The notes beneath the pieces are model-generated. The model had not been told where the DNA came from. It saw only the letters and a list, made by a program, of their open reading frames with translations, and did no database searches. Below, piece by piece: positions 34,959-42,735 of a DNA stretch of 42,735 nucleotides (position 1 is the first letter of the stretch; every line of letters starts with the position of its first letter). Made by a program: the position numbers and the translations under genes. This DNA is from Corallochytrium limacisporum Hawaii (Eukaryota; Protista; Pluriformea), in assembly GCA_002811645.1 (NCBI GenBank), contig PDIP01000152.1, positions 3,326 through 46,060 of the forward strand, written 5' to 3'.

Positions 34959-36524
34959 TCAAACAATGTACACCGGAACGCTCTCTGTGATTCTTTCCTT
35001 GCAGATTGGGCATTCAGTTACCCTATTGGAGCATTCTTGACACATAACTACATGACCGCAAGGTCTCTGTAGGACCTTGGTATGAGCACCAAGACAAATG
35101 CCGCAGAGGTCCCGCAGGACCACCGACGGTGCTCCACGGTTGGAGGCACTGGAAAGAACTTTACTAGTCAGAGAGACTGAAAGATTTCCGCCTTTTCGAG
35201 TCGTGCGGAAGACATGTGGATGTGTATCCAAGAAGTGAGACAGTCTGCCGGGAAATGCGCCACTCCCCGCTCTAATCTTGTTAACATCGGTCATGAGGAC
35301 GTACCCTGGGATCGGTCCTCCATTGTGCTGGAGGAGTACTTTCCTAAATACATTGATCCACTCCTGTGATGTCTCAGGGCTATGGAAAGTCACTTTGCCT
35401 TGAGCAGTGGTGGGGTAATCGCGAACCGTCGACTTGGCCTTTCCACCTAGGGCTTTTGCGGAAGAATCTTGCACCACCTGTGATGCGTCTTCTCCATCCA
35501 CAACGATGGCCGGAGGATCGCATCTCACGGGGACAGATCCTTCATCTCTGACATGACTCGAATGATCACTTGCATGTGAATTGATTTCTACGTCCGGGAC
35601 TACAGCTGGGGGTTTGCCAGCCTTGGCGTGTGATACACCTGTTCCGTGGCTGATGGCAGCAAGATCATCCACAGAGGATGACACTACAGCCTCCTTTGTT
35701 TTCGGTCCCACGAGCCTAACTTGCTGGGAATAGCGCATTAGGAACGGCAGGAGCTTGCTATGGTATCCGACCACGCTTCTCTGGTCGATTTGAGCTACGG
35801 CAAAGTGGGCACTTGACTTGCCAGTCGGTGCTCCGTTAGTCCTGCGCAACACGACCTTGAACCCCTCAACCCTTCCCTCTACCAGCTTTGGAATTCTGTT
35901 CGGGGATGCTTTAGCCTCCACAACATTCATCCGTTTATAGCTGGGTGGAATGTCGTTGACAACAACAGGAAGGACTCCATAAAAATAGGGCGCTGGATCA
36001 AGATCTGTCCTCGGAGTGAAGGTCACCATCATACCCACTCCCAGAAGATCTCCTTTGCGAAATTCCTCCCACTTTTGCATCTTGCCAAAACTGTTTACTG
36101 ACATCAAGTACAGACTATCCTCGGCGTCTTCTATGGTCAAGGTCTGTTTGCCATATGAGAACCTTCCTTTACCGTTCCAGTTTGTTAAGTCAAGAATAAA
36201 TACAAAGTGACCCTTGATAGCGACAATGATGCCAGTCCGTCGACCCGGATGAGGTTGGATTCGGATCCTTTGATTATCCCCGTCATTTGTTTTGTGAAAA
36301 AAACCTCGATACCTTTCTAGGAACGCGGACAGCGACCCGCATGTGTTATGGAACGCTTCGTGTACTACTGGTACCCGTCTTAGGAGTTCTTCAACCGGAA
36401 ATCCAGCACTGAGACTATCTAAGGCACCCTTGCAGTACTCAGCCATTTCCCATAGTAGGAAATGAATCCATTCGCGTTCCGTGGCGGGCAGCTCTTGAAC
36501 GCAAGCAGAAGACGTATTCCCCAT
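34959..36524 (-). CDS. Cluster gene C: predicted N-myristoylated winged helix + cold-shock-like OB + winged helix + C3HC4 RING (putative E3 ubiquitin ligase)
   Basis: GCCATGG start gives MGNTSSAC. The N-terminal region is paralogous to gene A. SPETSQEWINVFRKVLLQHNGGPI..FPGRLSHFLDTHPHVF matches the gene B repeats. C-terminal CGIC..PCGHVVMCQEC..CPICK RING. Confidence 0.88.
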   Translation of the reverse strand: MGNTSSACVQELPATEREWIHFLLWEMAEYCKGALDSLSAGFPVEELLRRVPVVHEAFHNTCGSLSAFLERYRGFFHKTNDGDNQRIRIQPHPGRRTGIIVAIKGHFVFILDLTNWNGKGRFSYGKQTLTIEDAEDSLYLMSVNSFGKMQKWEEFRKGDLLGVGMMVTFTPRTDLDPAPYFYGVLPVVVNDIPPSYKRMNVVEAKASPNRIPKLVEGRVEGFKVVLRRTNGAPTGKSSAHFAVAQIDQRSVVGYHSKLLPFLMRYSQQVRLVGPKTKEAVVSSSVDDLAAISHGTGVSHAKAGKPPAVVPDVEINSHASDHSSHVRDEGSVPVRCDPPAIVVDGEDASQVVQDSSAKALGGKAKSTVRDYPTTAQGKVTFHSPETSQEWINVFRKVLLQHNGGPIPGYVLMTDVNKIRAGSGAFPGRLSHFLDTHPHVFRTTRKGGNLSVSLTSKVLSSASNRGAPSVVLRDLCGICLGAHTKVLQRPCGHVVMCQECSNRVTECPICKERITESVPVYIV

Positions 36525-37711
36525 GGCGCCACCCGCTGCGCGCTTTAGAGAAAAAAGATCCAGCAATACCTGGGGAATAAAAGACAAATGAATCGCAAAG
36601 AGTGCTACCCCGGGTTTTTTGGAGGCCCGAATGGCTGCATGGTCAGATTACAGCGAGTTGATCTTGACGCTTCCTCCAAAATACCAGGCTTTCCCTTTGT
36701 CGTGTGTTGGTTCATTGGCGGAGGTGGAATGGTATGGCCATAACAGCCAGTTTGTCCCAACAGCAAAAGTGACGTACCAGATCAAGAGACCGTGATCCTA
36801 ATCTCACTTCTCTTAAGAGGAATAGCGCGAAGAAGACTTCATGAAGAGCCAAATGCACCAACACGAACTGCAAAAGCCAAACGGCAGAAGGGATTCTGCA
36901 ACTTAGCTCCCTGCGTCACACTATCCCCGCCTCCCCCTTTCCCTCTATCTCCCCGCACACCCGGCCCCCCTTTCCCTGCTGATTTCGTTGGAGCCATCCA
37001 CTGGTTTGCAGGTCCGTACGTGACATCGTTGTTCAGACCGCCGTCGTTTTCTTTAAACAGAAAGCAAAGTGTGCTTGTACAACCCTATCCTTGCTGCAGA
37101 TGGCATTAGATACAAGAAGATAACATAAGATGTCGCTCTGCAATGTGATTGCGTAGATTAATGATAACTCACAGCCATCAATGCTGCTGACACCGCCTAC
37201 TTTATGGCGCTAAGTGGGACTGGAGCCTCCTCAGCACTTGAGACATTCTTGTTGGCATTATTCCGAACAGTGCCCATGTGTAGTATTTGTACGCCAAGCC
37301 ACGTCGGCACCATTGACTCCTGCAGAAACTGTTTGCTGCTACGATGGCGCACCCACCTACGCCCGCGGCAACACCCGACCAACCAAACCCTTGCTTGGGT
37401 ATAGAATTTGACTGGGGTTAAAAATGGGACCTCAGGGAACGGAGAACGTGACAGAGACAGAGACAGAGCGGGAAAGTGGCAAGGGAGACAGCAGGAGGTG
37501 CCCGTGGTTGGAAGAGGAAGGGAAGTGCTCCAATTCGGCACTTTGGTCGGGTAATTTCTTCACTTTTCTGTTTTGCACCTCCGGGCTCCAGAGTCTAAAA
37601 TCTTCGCTTTCTCTCTCTCTCTCTCTCTGTGTCTCTCTCTCTCTCTCACTTTCTCCCAGCTCCCCGCTCCAGCTCCCCTTCCCTCCTTCCCCCCCCCCCC
37701 GGGGGGGGGGG

Positions 37712-37818
37712 NNNNNNNNNNNNNNNNNNNNNNNNNNNNNNNNNNNNNNNNNNNNNNNNNNNNNNNNNNNNNNNNNNNNNNNNNNNNNNNNNNNNNNNNN
37801 NNNNNNNNNNNNNNNNNN
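37712..37818. other. Assembly gap flanked by poly-C/poly-G
   Basis: Run of N. Confidence 1.
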
Positions 37819-37826
37819 CCCCCCCC

Positions 37827-37861
<35 letters not shown>

Positions 37862-38366
37862 GGGGGGGGGGGCCTTCTCCCCTCTCGGCCGTTTCAAAAC
37901 CTTTTCTCCGTTGGTGCGGGGTCGGGCAGTTCTGAGAAAAGGCCAAGATTTTAGCGGGTGGCCATCCACGCTTGGTCGTGGGGGAGGGAGACGGGGAGGG
38001 GAGGGGGGAGTGGGCGAGTGAGCCCAGCCTGGCGCTTAAGAACTGCCGACCTCCGAAGAGAGCAAGACGGGAAAGTAAAAATTGGAGAAGGAGAGACGGG
38101 AAAGGAGGTGCACCAGAGAGTTAGCACGGAGGGGTGTGGTGGAGATCCTAACTCGCGTATATTCAGGCCCGAATGGGAGAACCGGGGGGGCTCGTGTCTC
38201 TTGTCCGCCAGTGGAGCAAGCCAGTGGACAAACGCAAGGGGACGGTGAGAGGGGGGACCCCTCGGTGCAGTGAACAGGAACATACCCAGTGGTGTTGTTG
38301 GCTATTCTAGGTCTGTAATGTGGTCATGCACGTGCTTCGAGCTCACCCTTTCAAAAGAATGGCTTT

Positions 38367-40811
38367 TCAGCGGTGCAGTGTCTGACGAGACAGCGGCGGC
38401 AGGGCCATGCTGCTCAATTCGCGGCGACGGCGGCGCCGGTTGGCGCCCCAGGGACTTCGTGGAGGTTCTCCGGTGCCCGTCTCACCCTCGGGAACCTCAT
38501 TACCGTCCGCGTCAATAACTGTAGCACCATCAATGGCCACATCCAAGTCGAATGCTGCATAATACTGGAAACCTACCACAATGGGTGCCTGTGCCTCAGC
38601 ATCGTCGACGTCACTACCTGCAGCGTCACCATTGCCGGCCTCTGTGTTGAGGTAGTCCTTGACAAATGAAGGATAGTCTCCAAAGCTCGCATTCTCAAGA
38701 ACCAGTCCGTCCACAAAGCAAGGAGCGCGGACGGGTGCGTCCGGTCCGTCTGCTGGCAGCGTGCGCACATCCAAAAGGGTTCCGTTCTCGTCTAAAACAT
38801 ACGGACAGCGCCCGTGGAAGCCGGGCAGATTGCCGCCAGGGCCATTTGGCAGTCCCCTACCCTTTTCGACGCGAACACACACTTCTGAAGCATCGAGAAC
38901 AGCAGGAGTCACGTCGGTAGCGGCCAGCGAGTCACTGCGCGGGATCGGCAGGGACAAGTCCAGCTGCCCTTCATCAGTGTTGTCATTGTCCGCTCCATTG
39001 TCGGCATCCTCTTCTCCTGGTGTCAAAACTTCGGCACACAGCCATGCTTCCGGTACTGAGACGTCGCTAATGACAAGTCCCGGATGAAGCGAATCGAAAA
39101 AGGAGATGACAAGGGGGGCCGCACGAACGAATTCATCATTGGCGAGGACGGGATGCATGGCTCCCGGACCACTATTATTACCACTGCTATCGCTGACGTC
39201 GCCTGTGTTGTCTCCAGAGCCCGGTACAGTGATTCCTGCGTTTGCAAGCTGCTCCTCATCAAGGAACGAGGTGCCGTCATCGTCGCTGTCGTTGGTACCG
39301 CTACCGTCTATGCTACCACCGCCTTGGTTCGGACCGATGGACTCATCGGTATTGTCCTCGGTGGGGAATGCGAGGACGGTACTATTGAAGAGAAGGATGT
39401 CCTTGAAGATCCAGAAGGTGAAAGGTGGCTCTATGGCAAGCTCATCACCGTCAACGACCGGGGGAGCCCGGGTGACGGGCACGGCCTCCAGGGTCTGCAT
39501 CGACTGGTCAGTGAAGCGACTCACAACCGACGTGCGGGTGACCAGTAAGCTCAAACTATCCCAGGCTGCGTCCCTATCGGTTTCATCATCATCTTGTTCT
39601 TGCTGGTTTTCAGCGTTGTCATCATCTGTGATGAGCACGTCCTTGCAGAAATCGGCCACATTCGCTATAATTTCTCCATCCATAACTAACTCACGAGGAC
39701 GCAGAGTGTAGGGACGCTCGTCGACGTCATCATTCTCATTGTCAAAGTTTACGACACGGACAGGTACCACCTCTGGTGTGGGACAGGCTGTTGATCCCGC
39801 GACACCGTCCCGGCACTGCATGCTCAGCAAACCCTCCAGGGCCGCAGTGAGGGAGACGGTCTGTGCCCTCGGCAGGGTCTGTTCGTCTGCCTGATCCAGG
39901 AAAGTACACAGGTCTTCTTTAGTGGCCTCGAGCCGCACTCTTTGCCGACAGACTGTGCCGGTCTGGCCATCTGTGAGCCCCGTGGTGCCGTCGTCGCATT
40001 CCTCAGCGGTCTCTTCTAAGGCCACCGGCTTGAAGAAGTCCGCGGTCGACTGGGCCGGCACTCCTTCCTCCTGCGGGTCTTCACCTAGAACGAGTCGGTG
40101 GGGCCAAGTGGTGAGCAATGTGACTTCAATCTCGAATACATCACTGCCCGGACTTACCACCGATCCGGACAGCACTTGCAGCGCGACTGTTGGCTTTAGC
40201 ACATTCGCGGCCTCATCGCTGTCGTAGACAAAATTAGTGCCGACCGAAAGATCGATTGTGACCGGCCGTTCGAAGGACAAGGAGCGTCCAACGATCAATT
40301 CGTCAGCGTCTGACAAACGTACGGGTTCGACGAATTCAAATGCCCATAGAAAGCGATACCTTCGACGAATGCGCTGGTCTGCTTCATTTTCCTCCACAGC
40401 ATCGGAGTCGCCAACAAACGTGGCACAGGCGCCCAGCGCTCCGTAGTCCACATCCCAGGCCAAAGATGCAGTGTTGCACTCGCCTACATTGACTGCGCTC
40501 GTGGTTGTGTAGACTTGATTGATTGCACAGTCACCCAGTCGATTTCCCGTCTCAGCATCGACAGCATAGACTGCGCTGACGATACGGCCAGCCACACTTT
40601 GCCAATCCATGGAGAATGTCGTATGGTCCGGACTGGCTGTTGCCGTTACGCTGCCGGGTTCTCCAACAATCGTCATTGGGTTTGGGGCAGCTCCTTCACA
40701 TCCGGCTGCTTTGGCCACGCACTCTTGTGCGTTCAGATCGCGTCCAAGGGAGTCATTGCATGTTAGCGGTAGAGCCAGCTGCGCGTTGAAGGCCGGGAAC
40801 GAGGCGGCCAT
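38367..40811 (-). CDS. Uncharacterised 814-aa acidic, Cys-containing, extracellular-type protein
   Basis: Long single ORF with an aaaaatATGG start and an in-frame upstream stop. Asp/Glu-rich insertions separate beta-rich segments with spaced Cys. Polybasic RRRRRR near the C-terminus. Confidence 0.8.
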   Translation of the reverse strand: MAASFPAFNAQLALPLTCNDSLGRDLNAQECVAKAAGCEGAAPNPMTIVGEPGSVTATASPDHTTFSMDWQSVAGRIVSAVYAVDAETGNRLGDCAINQVYTTTSAVNVGECNTASLAWDVDYGALGACATFVGDSDAVEENEADQRIRRRYRFLWAFEFVEPVRLSDADELIVGRSLSFERPVTIDLSVGTNFVYDSDEAANVLKPTVALQVLSGSVVSPGSDVFEIEVTLLTTWPHRLVLGEDPQEEGVPAQSTADFFKPVALEETAEECDDGTTGLTDGQTGTVCRQRVRLEATKEDLCTFLDQADEQTLPRAQTVSLTAALEGLLSMQCRDGVAGSTACPTPEVVPVRVVNFDNENDDVDERPYTLRPRELVMDGEIIANVADFCKDVLITDDDNAENQQEQDDDETDRDAAWDSLSLLVTRTSVVSRFTDQSMQTLEAVPVTRAPPVVDGDELAIEPPFTFWIFKDILLFNSTVLAFPTEDNTDESIGPNQGGGSIDGSGTNDSDDDGTSFLDEEQLANAGITVPGSGDNTGDVSDSSGNNSGPGAMHPVLANDEFVRAAPLVISFFDSLHPGLVISDVSVPEAWLCAEVLTPGEEDADNGADNDNTDEGQLDLSLPIPRSDSLAATDVTPAVLDASEVCVRVEKGRGLPNGPGGNLPGFHGRCPYVLDENGTLLDVRTLPADGPDAPVRAPCFVDGLVLENASFGDYPSFVKDYLNTEAGNGDAAGSDVDDAEAQAPIVVGFQYYAAFDLDVAIDGATVIDADGNEVPEGETGTGEPPRSPWGANRRRRRRELSSMALPPLSRQTLHR

Positions 40812-41590
40812 ATTTTTGGTATTTGGCTCAGTGCGAGAGATCTGTAAGAGACGCTATCTGTATCAAACTTTGAACCTACTTCTGATGCTCTCTCTTTCTG
40901 TTTTATGTTCCGTATTAGATTAACAACATCCCATTTCGTAACCGGTCAACTAGTTCTTCATTTGAATCTTGTCGTACCCTAGATCAGTATCCTACCTCGG
41001 AACCCGGAGATCGAGGCCGATGATGGTTCAGCGTTCCGAATACCAATCCAGACGTTAGTGTATGTTCTATCTGCAACCGTACTAATTGGGGGGCAACTTC
41101 ATACCGCTCCTCAGTCCGGAATCGCTGAACTTGGCACAGTAACAAGGCACAAACGCCTGCAGGATCGAGAGCTGTCATTGGTCCAGGATATCGGTAGCAT
41201 GCAAAGCCAGACTTTCCAGCACCAAAACTACTGAAAAAGAAAGGGCTTGTGTGCTCTCTACTCCCACGACCATGCAAGAGGCAGTGAGCACGTTCATGTG
41301 CCTGTGAGTGCGGCTGTGGACGCATATCGCACTCCGCTCAGCGGTTCCCTACGCCCCGAAACGAACTCGAAATCGTACGGTCCGCTCCGCCGGTCGGGTT
41401 GGAGGGAGAAGGGGGAAGGAGGGGGTTTAGTGGCTAACGGGCCAAAGGTTGAGAGATCGATACTCTTGCCAGACGCACTAAACTCTTCGGTCTACTGATC
41501 CCCTGTACCCGTGAACGAGCGTAAAGTTTACAGTCTAAACACTCGTGGTACTACTCATTTCGGTTTTTATGCTGTGTGCCTCTCCCTGCT

Positions 41591-41593
<3 letters not shown>

Positions 41594-41682
<89 letters not shown>
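41594..41682. repeat. Long perfect (CT)n microsatellite
   Basis: About 44 CT units. Confidence 0.98.
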
Positions 41683-41684
<2 letters not shown>

Positions 41685-42735
41685 CTCCCCCTTTTTCTCC
41701 CTTTTTCTTGGCCTTTCTTCTCTCTCTCTCTCGCATTGCCTCCCTTGGCCATTTTAGGTGATCGCATCGAACCAAAGGGAACAATTCCTAAGACGGAATC
41801 TCGAAGAGAGAAAGTGAGCAAAGAAACGATCGGGGCAAGGAATTCGCGTGTGAGGGCACGACAGCATCCTTCCGTGAAAGGGTCAGATTCCATAGTGAAT
41901 GTATCTGCAAGGCACCGCAACAAGAAAAAAGTCATCCCTTCTCGCACGCCAAACGACCAAAAAAATAAAATGGACACAGAGAGACAGACGAAAAAGATCG
42001 CCCCGGGCGGGGGGGGAGAGAGGAGGAGCGCACGATATTGAAACCCCCTGCTTTTCTGTTAACTTCCCTCGGTTCCCAATTGGGAACACGGGACTTAAAC
42101 AGAATCGGACTGACGACAAGGAAATTTTCGTCAACGAACGAAAATTATTGTGATCTCCCAAGGGGCGTGCCTGAGTGACCCAAAATCAACAAAAAAAAGG
42201 GGGAAATGCGAATGGCACCCCTCCCTCCCCTTCCGTGGAACACAATTTTCTGCCCAGTCTTGCATTGGCGGGCGGGACGGGAGGGCGAGACGAACGATAA
42301 AGGGGAAAACGTGAACCACCACCACCACCCTTGAAGCGACCTTCAAACCAAACTTAAAAGTAAAAAAGTGATGAAGCGCTCTCTTTCACTTCCAATCCGG
42401 GCTCAACCTTGGGCGATTCGACCGAGGGCGTACCGAGGATCAGTGCGCACGCTCAAAGAAGCCCCAATTTCATATTCACCGAATACAGCGGCACTCTCGC
42501 AGCAGGGGACGGACAAACAGCAGCATATCGGACCAAAAGAGTAGCATCACCCTTTGTCGCGCACGTAGGGGACCCAGCCACTGCTTCCGTGTTTAGGAAA
42601 CGCGTAGATCACATAAACATCTTACGTTCCATCTGAAGACATGCTTGATGGTGCTCCTTATACGATGAAACGTGTACCAACCTCTGCCCCATAAGTTAAG
42701 GAGGAATTTAGGTTTATAGGGTCGCAACCTTCTTT

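Noticed and set aside
37689-37872. Poly-C/poly-G palindromes (similar ones near 16745, 17300, 25070, 34330)
   Set aside because: They sit next to gaps or noisy tracts and are probably sequencing or consensus artefacts.
41511-42041. ORFs with LSLSLS/RERERE runs (also ~14259, 21011, 28270, 37424)
   Set aside because: Translations of microsatellites or N-gaps.

Overview
Draft-quality eukaryotic genomic DNA, apparently from an intron-poor unicellular eukaryote. It has five N-gaps, many (CT)n/(GT)n microsatellites and noisy poly-C/poly-G tracts. The left half carries single-exon genes: an MCAD-type acyl-CoA dehydrogenase that lacks the catalytic Glu as assembled, a small secreted Cys-containing protein, an AAAP amino-acid transporter, and two head-to-head sugar-porter paralogues plus a remnant of a third. 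The most notable element is a co-oriented three-gene cluster on the minus strand (about 26.9-36.5 kb). All three products share a ~75-aa predicted winged-helix module resembling the Egalitarian/LOTUS-type RNA-binding fold, but each carries different partner domains. Gene A is wH + cold-shock-like + wH + RVxF + hydrophobic tail. Gene B is wH + wH + intact DEDDy EXD1/Egl-type 3'-5' exonuclease + Ycf45/SpoIIIAA AAA ATPase, with an in-frame TAG at a position where I recall Trp in the family. Gene C is a predicted myristoylated wH + cold-shock-like + wH + C3HC4 RING protein. A large acidic, Cys-containing, extracellular-type ORF follows. No tRNA, rRNA or CRISPR array was recognised. Family assignments come from motifs recognised by eye, not from database searches.
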